Program-made: the position numbers and the translations under genes
Notes under the pieces: model-generated
Databases searched by the model: none
Seen by the model: only the letters and a program-made list of their open reading frames with translations
What the model was told of the DNA's origin: nothing
Assembly (NCBI RefSeq): GCF_006345805.1
Contig: NC_043000.1
Location: 23,374,001-23,438,000 of the forward strand
Origin: Octopus sinensis
Lineage: Eukaryota
Direction of reading: 5' to 3'
DNA: 64,000 nt
Part shown: piece by piece, positions 48,375 to 60,438 of the stretch
How positions within the stretch are numbered: the stretch's first letter is position 1
Layout of the letters: each line of letters starts with the position of its first letter

Positions 48375-50746
48375 TATAGTCTGTCACCTAAATTATCTCA
48401 AAATCTTGAAGTGGCTAATAATGATTGTGGTATTCTAGTGAATTTATTTTGATGAGTAGAATTTGATGAACAGGAATTGTGCTGAAAGCTTATATATATT
48501 ATTCGTTCTTAATACATTCTAGTAGATTCAAATTTGAATATTTGATCTCTGTTGTTCATCATTGAGAATGCCTCCTCCCTTTAAATGGTGTGTTCATAAC
48601 ACTTATGATCACTGGTTCACATGATGTAAGAAGACTTTGAAGTTTGTATTTTTATGTGAATCCTTAGTCAAAGCTTCTTCACCGGACTGAATAAACAACG
48701 TCGATCAGATATTCACTTTTGAATCTGTCAAGAACGAATATGATTCATTATTTTTATTTTTACAAAGGGATGGTTGGACAGTTACGTAGAAATTTTTGTT
48801 TAGTAGCCATCATTAGATGTTTATGCATGCTACGCACTTATGTAGATACAAGGCAAATTTTGTTTGTAAATAACCATGTAGAATGGTAACCATTTTATTG
48901 AGTTGCATCCCTTCATGCTAGTAGTAACCAATTCAGTCAATAGAGATTGATAAAATAAGTATTATGAATTTTTGTTGGCCAAAAACTACATCATTATCTT
49001 CACTGAATCTCACCTCATTGTTTTTACAATCATTGGATATTTTGTAACTCACAATGACTGATTTTCAGTCTATAATATAATAATTACTGTACTACTTTCA
49101 GTTCTGAGGCATTGCCTCTGCCGAAAACATTAAAAAAAACACAACATTTTGTTTCTTCTGCCTGCAAAGTATAGGTCATAAATGACTGTTTTAACGTTTA
49201 ATATGCACCAACATTCCTTTGACAACAAATTAATTATATCCTCTTTTGAGCAGCTGATTATTTAGTATGATCTTCACAAGTTGGGCTGTATAATGTTCAA
49301 AATCTTGACAACCGCAGTTGTTTGTTGTAGAACAGTGAACCTTAACCAGGATGGTAGTATTGTCGTGAGGGAATTCTGAAGTCACTTGGGGGCATTATGA
49401 ATGGGTGTGATTTAGAAATAAGATGTTTAAACCAAGTGCAATATTTATAATTTGACTATATTGAAATAAATGTAGACACTTTAAACACAGAATTAGAATA
49501 TGAGTTGGACATGTTATCAGTGAACAGAAATATGTCTTGTGTTTCAAGGTTCAAATATAATTTCATTATATGTCCTCTTCATCTTCAGTAATTTCCGTAA
49601 AAATTGAAGATAAACACATTAAACCACACAAATATTTAAAAAGGAACACACGCTAATTGGTATAGTGAAAGAAAATAGAGAAATAAACCATTGAACAAAA
49701 GAAGTTCTGCTTTCTTCTTTTTCTTTCTCAAAACATATGGAGAAGGGAAACATTTTCAAAGCCGAGTTCATCAGTGGTAGCACTGACGTACAAAAGCTTG
49801 AAAGCACTCTAGCAGAGAATCAGAAGGAAAAGACATTGGTTGCTTGCGATGTTACTTTATTTCACAAACTGCTGGGTGATTATGGAATGTCAGTTGTAAT
49901 TTTAAAATCATAAGTGCTGGTAGCTAGTTCATTAGTAGTTAGTAACACCCATCTGAAGCTAACAATATATAAGTGAAATAGCTGTCTTTCATGCGCAGGA
50001 AAGCAGTAGACAAGAATTCTGTACCAAGTTGATAGTGCACAAAATATGTGGTGTCAGTTGCTTTGGCAGACCGACAGAAGACAAGGGCCCATGATGCAGC
50101 AAGATAAACAAAGTAAATAAGTGAATCGGTATTGAGCTGAACACCATACATTGCTCAGAACACTTATTTTACAAAATGTTGATTCTACATATGTGCTATT
50201 GAGTGGCTTTTTCTCTCTCTTTTTCTTCCAATTTCAATTTGAAGTTACTGGTATGAAGGAGTTGTCTGTTAAATGTAATGTTTATTTAGACCAGATCTGG
50301 CTAATTTGAAGATAAAACAAGATTATTTGGGCTGGATATGGCCAGTTTAAATGCTAAAGGGTTAAGAAAGAAAAAAAGACTAATTAATAGATTCTGCTGG
50401 GTGTGTCATGTGAATATGAAGAAGTTTTGAGTTGAGAAAGTGACTGGTTATTGAAACTATTAGTTTATTGCAAACAACATAGATGATTACATGTTTGCGG
50501 CTATACAGGTGACTAATGCATGCTGGGTGAAAATGTCTTGTAAATTGATGGTGATGTATACTAAATAAATTCAAGATGAAGTAGTAATTGAATAACATGA
50601 ATGCTATAATTCAGAATAAATTTTATATTACAGAACTGTCCATCTTGCATCAGAATTAGAGAGTAGGTATTAAAATAATGAAACCAAAGAGTTTAATATG
50701 GTGGTCAACCTAAACCAATTCTCTTGAAGAACAATTAGTTACTTTA

Positions 50747-51422
50747 TGAGGTGGTATCAAAAAGTTCCCGGACTAGTTCTGTCACGTGCCAATAGGTGGC
50801 AGCACATCGTTGTGTGTGCAGTAGGAGCTAGCAGTCACCTTCATGAGGCAGTATACCAAGTGACATCGCTGTGTTTACTTCGCAAGTTGTGTTTTTGTGA
50901 TCACATGTATGCTGTAGTTTGCGATTTTGTCGTGGACAGGAACAAAGAGCCAACATGAAATTCTGCATTTAACTCGGGAAGTATGCTACTGAAACATTGA
51001 GCATGCTTCAGCAAGCTTATGGCGATAAGGCGATGGGTCATATGCAATATTTTGAGTGGCATGGGCACTTCAAAAGTGGAAGAATATCCTTGGAAGATGA
51101 TCAATGATCTGGAAGACATGCCACATGTATCACCTCCAGAAATGTGGTATTGTGCATTGAGAATTCATCCTCCAGGGCCAGATTGTCAATTGAGAGTTTT
51201 ACTGTAACGTTTTGAAGCATTTGAGAGAGGACATTAGGCAAAAGCAACTGGATCTGTGGAGCGCAAAGAATTGGATCTGTGGAGCGCAAATGAATTCCAA
51301 AAGTAGCAGGGATGCTGGGACCAGTGTATTGCTATTTCGAAAGAGATGATGTTAAAACTTAAGTAAATAATAATTTTTTTTATTAACCATAACTAGTCCA
51401 GTAACCTTTTGATCCCACCTCA
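50747..51422 (+). mobile_element. Non-autonomous mariner (copy B), more extensively deleted
   Basis: 30-bp TIRs with 4 mismatches at 50747-76 and 51393-51422; TA at 50745-46 and 51423-24; remnant ATETLSMLQQAYGDKAMGHMQYFEWHGHFKSGR. Confidence 0.92.
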
Positions 51423-52054
51423 TAGGTATATCCAAATTATTTGATTGGGTCTGCAACTCAACATCATTCAGCTTACAAGAAATAGCAGTGAAGTCTCAAA
51501 ATCATATTCTATTTCAAAGGACACATTAGATAATGTAATCCTCGATGCACTACTTTTTTTTTATGTTAAAGGTGGGGATGATTACAGCTGAAGCATTTTA
51601 GAACATAGATCACCTTTATCTAGCAGTGATAAAATTTATTGCAGACTATGTATCTCAAGATGTAATCTGTGCATCACAGCTGGAAAATGTGGTACATATG
51701 TTATTAATAGAATTTTTTTTACCTTTCAGAACAAACCTTTGAAATGTGATGTAGAATCAAAATGGGTATGCTATTTGACTACTAGCTGATAGAAGCTATT
51801 TGGAGGGTATTTAGTGCTTGTTATATAACACTGATTCCACACAAATGCAAACATGTTAATTATACATACAACACCCAAATGACATAATATGTCTTTTCAT
51901 TTGCTCACAAGCATCAAGACACTTAGAACAAGAGAATATCTGAACAGTAGACACTTGTAGTATGTACGCAGCATATGAATATTGTTGATTTTAATTGCTT
52001 TATATGCTTCTAGCAATAAAATAACTTGTTTTGTATTGTATTTGTTTATTTCAG

Positions 52055-52156
52055 AATTATTCCAAGATGCCTGAAGCAATAGCAGGTGGTAGCCATCCTC
52101 CAGATCCCGTGATTATGACAGAGCTTCCAACACTTTCCCTTGGATCTATTACACAG
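52055..52156 (+). CDS. Candidate coding exon NYSKMPEAIAGGSHPPDPVIMTELPTLSLGSITQ (possible start ATG at 52067), gene unidentified
   Basis: Acceptor tttgtttatttcag|AAT; donor CAG|gttact; 102 nt; only the phase-0 frame is open. Confidence 0.45.
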
Positions 52157-53109
52157 GTTACTAACCTTTTCAGTGCCACTTGCATAATTTCAATTAAAAT
52201 TCAATGCAATGTTAATTTTTTTTACAATGGAAATTTATGTATATCTCAAGCTACAAAAACAACCGACAAACTTCAAAACCACAAACAGATGACATATACA
52301 GCATCATAATAATAACAATAATATATCCTGATATGCACACTTTTTAATGGTAAAAGATTGCTTAACAATTACATTAAATGAAACAGAAATATATCAGTCT
52401 TATCAATTTGTGATAGCTTTGATGAAGAAAGTGATGGATATAGGCATGGCAGTGAGGTTAATTTCACAGCCACATGGTTCTCAGCTTGATCCTATTGTGT
52501 AGCTCCTCAAGCAAGTATCTTCTACCATTGCCTCAAATTGGCCAATGCTTGAGAATAGAATTTGATTGCTGTAAACTGAGCAGAAACCCATTATGTTTGT
52601 GTGTGTTAATTACATCTAGTAAGCCATCTAAGAGTTTATGGCACTTCTTGCTGCTAACTATTCTTGCTTATTTATCACACCTGAAGATTAGGTTCTTTAT
52701 TTACCCTGCCAGCGATCCATGTGCACCTTTTGTCTGTCCATTCATTTACCTGCTTGCTCATTGAGTTCCTGCCTACTCCCTTCATGTGTGACTCTGAAAT
52801 TTTGTGTTCTTCATTGCAAGCTAATCTTGGATTTTTGCCAACCTTTTCCAGATTCTCCATATTATGAGATATGACATGAAGGTGAAAATGAAACTCCTTG
52901 TGGATTTCAGTTTGAAATAAGAACAAGTGCACTAATTCTTGATTTATAATGAACAATTCTTTATTTTGTGTGAGATTTTAGCAGCCCCTGAGTAAATCCC
53001 TTGGTAGACTATTGTAGGGCCCTGACTGTAGAAGATATTTGAATGCTGCACAGTAATAAAGTGAACATCATACTACAATAGATGTGTAATGTTGGCATGT
53101 ATGAATGGT

Positions 53110-53440
53110 GAGATATAGGTGAGATGAGTGCAAAACTAGATATAAGTGGAATCAGGCATGGAATGCAAGTGGGAGGGCCACATTGCTATGGGCGTATAGT
53201 TCATGTGGTGGCTATTGGGTTTTGTTAAGATGTATCAAGTACTCCAAACGTGTGAAACCTATGGGAGGAGGAAACCAAAGAAAGTATGGAATGAAGTGAT
53301 GAAAACTAATCTTAAGGTGACTGACTTCGATAAAGATGATGATAAAGAAATGTGACAAATAACAAACCATTGTGCTGGAGAAGACCCACATGACCCCAGC
53401 AAGCATGGAAAAGCAATCATAAAAATGATGATTGTTATGA
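53110..53440 (+). mobile_element. RTE LINE 3' end relic
   Basis: YGRRKPKKVWNEVMKTNLK (cf. GRGRPRKTWDEVVK); tail gcaagcatggaaaagcaatcataaaaatgatgattg. Confidence 0.7.
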
Positions 53441-56287
53441 AGTTGTTTAATACCTACATCTGAGTCACTCTTGCTTATTTACCTGTGAAACAACACATGG
53501 AAACACAGGATTTTTTCCTTATTTAATCTTACCTTCACCTACTTCTCTATTATCCTTCATTCTCCTCCATTATTCTATCTGCTGTCTATCACACACTTCT
53601 ATCACTTTTGTTCTCTTCTTTTACTCTTTTTTTTTATGACTCTTGGTTATGCTGTTCTTATTTAATGCTTTCACCAATACTGCTTTATGTAGCTGTCTAC
53701 CACTCTCTCATTACACTCCTTTGTATCTCACTTCTGTTCTAGCTCTCTTTATCATCTTTTTGGTTTTATCACTTGGCCCTCTCCAATTACTTCCTCTTCC
53801 TCCCTCCTATCCATCTGTCTAGAAAGAAAGGAACAGAGACAATGCAAGAGAATGGGGATGGTTTACTCTTGCAGGGATCAAGACAATCTTTCTGGCCTTT
53901 ATAAAATGCACCCAGTACACTCTATAAAGTGGTTGGTGATAGGAAAGGCTTCCAGCTGTAGAACCATGCCAAAACTGGAGGTACACAAATGAGATCTGGT
54001 CCTTGACCTATCTTGGAAAGTAGTAACTCTAAATATCAACTGACCTGAACCATGAAAGCCTGTCCAAAGCATTCCAGCATTTAATTGATGTAAAATGATA
54101 ATGTTTGCCCATTCATTTTCCCATGGTTACTTGAGTTGGGCAGATAGTTATTGAGACATTATTTTGTGGCTGGATGTTGTTATCTCTTATCTGTTTTTAA
54201 TTAATGGATTTTTTATTCCATTTGTTTTCAAATATGAAGAACTACTGGACATATTGTTTGTTGAGAATGTTGTCGCCCTTTTGCTCAGCCAGTGCCATGG
54301 AAAAAATCTGGAATGTAAACAACCACATAATATATTGCAATGGTCATTGGTTGGGACAAGGCTATAGCAGAAGATACTTGCCAAAGGTACCGTGCAGTGA
54401 AATAGACTCAAAAGTATATGGTTATCAAACAAACTCTGTAGCAAACAATCATACTTGATGATGGTATGTGTACATATCTCACACTGAAGCATATTTCAAA
54501 AGTTGTAAAGACTAGCAGCAAAGTTGATAAATCACTGCTTTCAAAATACCTTGTAATATTTGTTCTCACTGTGTTGTGAAGATATTTCTTTGTCACTCAT
54601 TTCACTGAAATAAGTTCTTAGGAACCTGCAAAATGTTTTTGTCCACAAAATGCAATATAGAATTTTAAAATGAAAAAATAAAAAATAATGATCTTAGTGC
54701 AGTTATGTACATCACAACCAGACTTTTCCTCTTTGAGAATCTTCATGGCCCCATTTTAAAGAAAAAATATATTAAAGTTTGTTTTAATTAAAAAAATTTT
54801 TTTTTGTAATTCATAGAATTCATTATCTTTTCTCCTCTTTCTTTCTCTTCCTATCATCATTAATCTACTAGATTATGAAAACTTGCAACATATCAGTTTT
54901 CTATATAATTTAATCCTTTAAAATTTTGTTTTTGGCCTTATTATACATTGCCTGTTTACTTTGACATCTCTGTCATAAAAATCACCACAGCCTTCTCTCA
55001 CAAGTGAGTATGACTTGACAGCATATACCATACTTTCACTAGCTATTTTATATGTCTATGTAGTTGCAAGTAGGCGTAGACATTTTCTCAGCCTTCCCAC
55101 TCTTGACCCAGCAGAATATCCAGGTGACAGCTAGAAGGAGAGAGGGGTGCACCAATTCATTACAATTGAGTAGATTGGAGCAATGTGAGCTAAAGTGCCC
55201 TGTTGAATGACACAGTATACCAATTCAGTTCAGGAATTGAACCCATAACTCAACACTCCTAAACACTGGGCTACCCATTCACACCACTGCCATTACCTTT
55301 CCTGTATATACACTCAATATATTTGATGTTCATTTACCTTCTTTGATCTTGTGCCCAATTTGTTCAAGGAATAAATTGTATTCTTTTATTCTTTTCTGTG
55401 ACTGGACTGTCACCATTCTGTTGCTCCATCTTTAGGGTTATAAATTCCTTGTTCTTCTTAGTCTCAGACTTATTCTATGGCTTTTGCATGTGTAGATTTC
55501 TGTTAAATTTTATTGCCCCTATGTTTGTTGAAGGCTACACCAAATTATGTAAAAATGAACATATAATTTATCTACATAATAAAATTAGAAATAAAACTGA
55601 ATGTAAGCATTATTTGTGGTAAATAAATTGTCCTTTATTGTCTTAAAAAATCCAAAATAAAAAATGGAGAGGCTTGTAGAAAGAAATGGTTGTAAGATAT
55701 TGATGTGAAGAAAATAGAAAGTAATTGGAAAAAGATTATGAAACAAATCAAAGACAATTTTAGGTTATTTAGGTAATTTAGGTTGTGACTACCAGCAATG
55801 TTTCTATATTCTAAACCATTTTTATTATCAGCAAGTTTAGCCTCATTTTAGAAAGAACTTCTTGTCTAAAGACTTCCTGTTTGCACCATATGGGTTTATT
55901 TAATCAAGTGAATTTCTCTAAATTTTTTCTTCATTTGATTTTTGAGCATCATGCAGTTAATATCTCAAACTGAGTTAGAATTTGGTGATATTATTTATTT
56001 TAGACCAAAATATAATTTAGTAGCAGTTCTTCCAGCTCTTTTCATTCTGAATTCAAATACTGCCAAGGTCAACTTTGCTTCTCATCCTTTCACAGTCAAG
56101 ACCTGGGGGTTGATATTCTCACTTAATCCCCCCCTCCTTAAATTGCTGACCTTGGGCTTAAATTTGAAACATTTATTAATGACTTAATTAGAGAAAATAA
56201 TGACATCAGGATTTATCAATTCTGAGGAGGAGTGGCATTATTACATTGCATCAGTTTTTCATTAATCATCTGGATCCTTTCATGTAG

Positions 56288-56322
56288 AAATTTTTTGTAC
56301 TGATGATTGATGAGACCATAAG
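56288..56322 (+). CDS. Candidate micro-exon KFFVLMIDETI
   Basis: cctttcatgtag|AAA ... AAG|gtatgt; 35 nt; only phase 0 is open. Confidence 0.25.
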
Positions 56323-56999
56323 GTATGTGTGCAAACAGGACACCACCACCTTCATTCCATCGATAGAGGAGACGAAACAGAAGGCTTTTTCTGATGCTAG
56401 TTCTGCGGCTTCCAAGTCACATAGATTACAAGAATACAAATTCTGCTCAGACAAGAAGTTAATACCCAGGAATTGATAAACATATATGAAAACAATCACT
56501 TGTAATCAATTTACCTGTTTGTATTCATTTTACTTGGGCAGAGGTGAAAATGACTTTATAACAGGTAAAAACCACATTCATAACGTACACCAACAATTAT
56601 TATAATGTATCAGGAAGTTTCATCCAAATTCATGCAATTGTTTTAGTATAGTTATACTGGCCTAACTGCATTTCATTTAATTTCCAACCAGATTGGGAGA
56701 TTTATCTAGAGAAAGACTTTGCTTGAAAAACATAGCTTGTGTGCTACAAATGATGTCAGCAGATTGTCAGACTCTGGTGTTTAAGTATAATTTTGCCTCC
56801 TCACTGACAGACACCACCTCAGTTATCTGGTACTAATTAGGAACTTCTATTCTTATATATAAAAGTCAGCAAACAAAACTTTTGCTAATGTGTATGCTAG
56901 CTTGTCAGGTTAAGTCAGCATATGGACTTGAAATAACAGGGATTTAAAGAAAAACTTAGGCCTCATAATTGTCCTCTAATTGTTTTAAAAGTGTAATGT

Positions 57000-57330
57000 C
57001 ATCATTATCATCATCAGTTTACGGTCTGCTTTTCCATGCTGGTTGGACGAGTTTCCTGTACAGTACATTTCTTTTCATCTCAGTCCTGCATAACCTTATT
57101 TATAAGCTCTGTTACCTTTAGAAGATAACCTCCCATTTCTTTATCCACCTTCCATATGTATGTTTTTTTTACCCAGCACTCATCATCCGTTTGCATCATA
57201 TGTCTGTACCAGTGTTATTGTCTCTCTTGATACCTTTAATGGCGTTTTCTGTCTCTCCATGTGTCTGTGTGTATGTTGATGAATGTCAAATGAATAATCA
57301 GTAAGTACTCAATGCATCTTGTAGAGCTCA
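57000..57330 (-). mobile_element. RTE LINE 3' end relic
   Basis: The minus strand gives QERQ*HWYRHMMQTDDECWVKK, then tail ccagcatggaaagcagaccgtaaactgatgataatgatga. Confidence 0.7.
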
Positions 57331-59070
57331 TCGTTTATTTAAACTGAATATTTATCTTGCAATTCAAGTTTTGTGCCAATATAAACTTCATTCATTCATT
57401 CATTCATTTTGTGTTCATTTTTCTATGTTGATATGTGTTATACACAGACTTATAGAGGCATCATTTTGTATCCTGCTGCCCTTCTTTGTCATCAAACTTT
57501 ACCTTTTTTCAAGTAAAGAATTTATTATTCCTATGGTGCTCAAAAATGCAGAGTTACAGGACATGTCGTTTGCAATGTAAGCAAGATATTTCAGTTTTGC
57601 TCAGACAGTGTCACGTGGAGATAAAAAGGCTAACATTCACACACATAAACATACATGCAAACACATGCATACATATACATTGTGTATGTATATGTGTGCA
57701 CACACACATACATATACATCATGTACGTAGGTACATATGTATACTCACAGAGACACTCAACTTCTGTACAGTTTCTATCTACCAGTACCATTCACAAGGC
57801 ATTGATTGGCTGAAGGGTATAGTAGAAGACTCTTGCTCAAAATGATTACACACGGGATAGAACCTGAAACCACATGGTATTGAAGTAAACGCCTTAACCA
57901 CACAACCATATCTGCACCTTCAAACAGCGTTGAGTTTGCTAAAAACATGTACTGTCTATGAAAAGTTATTTGCAAAATTGATTAGGAGCATGACAATTTT
58001 AGCTTGTTTGTGACTCAGTAGTGGGTAGTTGTGTAATGTTGCAGGTTTGGATTTATTGAGGTCTGTAAGTTTTTTTTTTTCTTCAAATTTTATTTTAAGA
58101 CTTACTTGATTTGGGACAGAATCAAAGAGTGCTCTACTTATGTTCCTTGATAGAAGACCATAACAGAATAATTCAGAATACTAGTGTTGGATAGATAGTG
58201 CATCATAGACATGAGCCAAGAATGTTAATCCATTGGCTGTATAATGGTGGTTAATCTTGTCAATATATTCTCACATGTTGTCAGAGGTTTTAATGCTTTT
58301 GATACTAACCTTCCTTAAATTCTCCCGAATTTGATGACGCAAATTTCCTATTTATTATATTTCTATAAAAAAAACAAAAAAACTTCCTATATATTATTAT
58401 ACTTTCTATCAAAATTTCATATTAATTTACATTTCAAGCACCAATTTAATAACGACAAAGTTATTTTACGAAATTCATTAATTTTAAAATTGACTGAAAC
58501 AAAGTAGTGTATTTTGATAGAAATATCATAAAGGGATTGTCTTATTTATTTCCTGTTGGTCTTTACTGCTTAATGGCAGTGGAAGTGCTGGGAGGTCAGG
58601 TCTATTATTGGCTGAAGCCACAAGCAAGTTCAATACATCATTGTACTCATTTGACATAACTTTTTAAGTGCTATTATGACTTCATTATATAATTATGAAT
58701 GTGTAAGAATGACTATATTTGGGATTGGCAGTGTTTAGAAGAAAGGTTACAACTACATAAAAGCTTATCTTTCAAAATAAGTTGCAAGGTGAAGTCTGAC
58801 AAGGCTAAACGAGCATTTTGTATTGTGCAAGTAAATGTAGCCAACTAGTAAAATATTTTATTGAAAGCAAATCTTTTGATTATCTTATTACGGTTTCAGA
58901 GTTTATGTCTGTTCCCATAAGTCATTACAAGAAAGAAGATAACATTTTTAAAAAATCTCTCATATTTAAATACCAACCATTGAGGAGTACTTTAAAATGT
59001 GTTTAAATTATATATTTTAACCATAGTGTATCAATTAGTTTGCGGTTTATTTTATTTATTCATTGCTCAG

Positions 59071-59120
59071 CATTAAAGAGACAAGTGAATCCAATTATTC
59101 ATGGGGCTCATGCAGGACAT
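59071..59120 (+). CDS. Candidate exon, gene unidentified
   Basis: tttattcattgctcag|CAT ... CAT|gtaaaa; 50 nt; two frames open. Confidence 0.2.
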
Positions 59121-59414
59121 GTAAAATTCAAACATGAATATCCAATCGGTTTTGTCAACTGAGAACATATCTTCCCCATAGATGATGTGTGTTCATGACA
59201 CACAATTCACTGCTGAAAGGAAATTTCAAGACACTGGTGTTTTGACCTCATTGCATGTCTTATCAGTTGAAGCTACTCTACTGGACTGATGGGTCTAGTA
59301 AGAGCACAAACTCTTGTTTATAGGAATTGGCAAATAAATTATAATTTATCTAGTCTAATTAGTTCATAGCTTTTGTGCTTCTTAGATAAAGAATATACTG
59401 TTTTCCTTCTGCAG

Positions 59415-59443
59415 ATCATAAAGGACAATGTTATGATGTTGGG
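59415..59443 (+). CDS. Candidate micro-exon (HKGQCYDVG or IIKDNVMMLG)
   Basis: Strong acceptor ttttccttctgcag|ATC; donor GGG|gtaaca; 29 nt. Confidence 0.3.
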
Positions 59444-60191
59444 GTAACATATTACTAATTTTATTTATGTAAATAACAAAGCTGTTTAAAGTTCACACCT
59501 CATTTCTTTGGTGATGAGGCATGGTTTAGGGATGTTATTTCTGGTGGACACACAAAGCTGATTGATAGCAAATGAAAAGGAATCATGTTGGTGAAGTTTT
59601 AAAATATAACTAAAGTACAGCAAGTTTCTAATTTATTCTGCTTTGTTTAACTTCATGAAATCCATATTTGCTGGCAGCAGCTAAAGTGGTTATTGTTGAG
59701 TTTTTGATAGAAGCACTTCTTTGAATATTGCCGAATGTGAATTAGGTGTGAGATATATTAGAACTGATTTATTATAAATGTGTTATTGTCACATTAAATA
59801 TCAGTTATTTTTGTTGCCTTACTGTCTTTTTTACAACCACTATAATGACCTCTACTTCTCGAAGCCGATTACTCTCAGGCTAACTCCACCCAGGCCCACC
59901 CAACACACTTGTCTATCTTCTTGTCCCTCATACTTTATTGCGCCACCTCTCCAGACCCTGCCCTAACCACTGCCCAGTTCTTCCTCCTTCAAATGTCAAC
60001 CCTTGAAGCTTTCTCCCCACCCATGTTTGTTTCTGTCATTGTCAACATCTGCATCATCATCACCTGCCTTAGCATCACCCCTCTCCCCAGGAACTCATTA
60101 TCAATTGATTTAGTTTCCTGTTTTTGTTACATTTTAAATATTTTCGACAGATGTTTCTGTTTTCTTTCCTTTCATTTTTTTTTTCTATTAG

Positions 60192-60315
60192 ACAAGAATG
60201 GCGAAATAGTTGCCAATATGGCTAACAGTGAATTTGAATTATACATTAGATCACAAGTCTCAATAAGGAACATGCAACCAGGAAATGCATTCTTGAAAAA
60301 GAAGCCAAAAAAAAA
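60192..60315 (+). CDS. Candidate exon DKNGEIVANMANSEFELYIRSQVSIRNMQPGNAFLKKKPKK
   Basis: Long pyrimidine tract ...ttttctattag|AC; donor AA|gtgaga; 124 nt; only one frame is open. Confidence 0.4.
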
Positions 60316-60372
60316 GTGAGAGACTAAGAAATAAACAAATAAGATGTTTTGAAGAAAATATACATGATATGT

Positions 60373-60384
60373 CACACACACACA

Positions 60385-60434
<50 letters not shown>
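60373..60434. repeat. (CA)n microsatellite
   Basis: About 60 bp of CA repeat with one interruption. Confidence 0.95.

Positions 60435-60438
<4 letters not shown>

Noticed and set aside
59840-60110. C-rich segment as part of the 136-aa ORF 59909-60319
   Set aside because: It looks like a decayed LINE endonuclease region (NDL...PNTL-like) and intronic pyrimidine tract; only 60192-60315 has exon-like boundaries.
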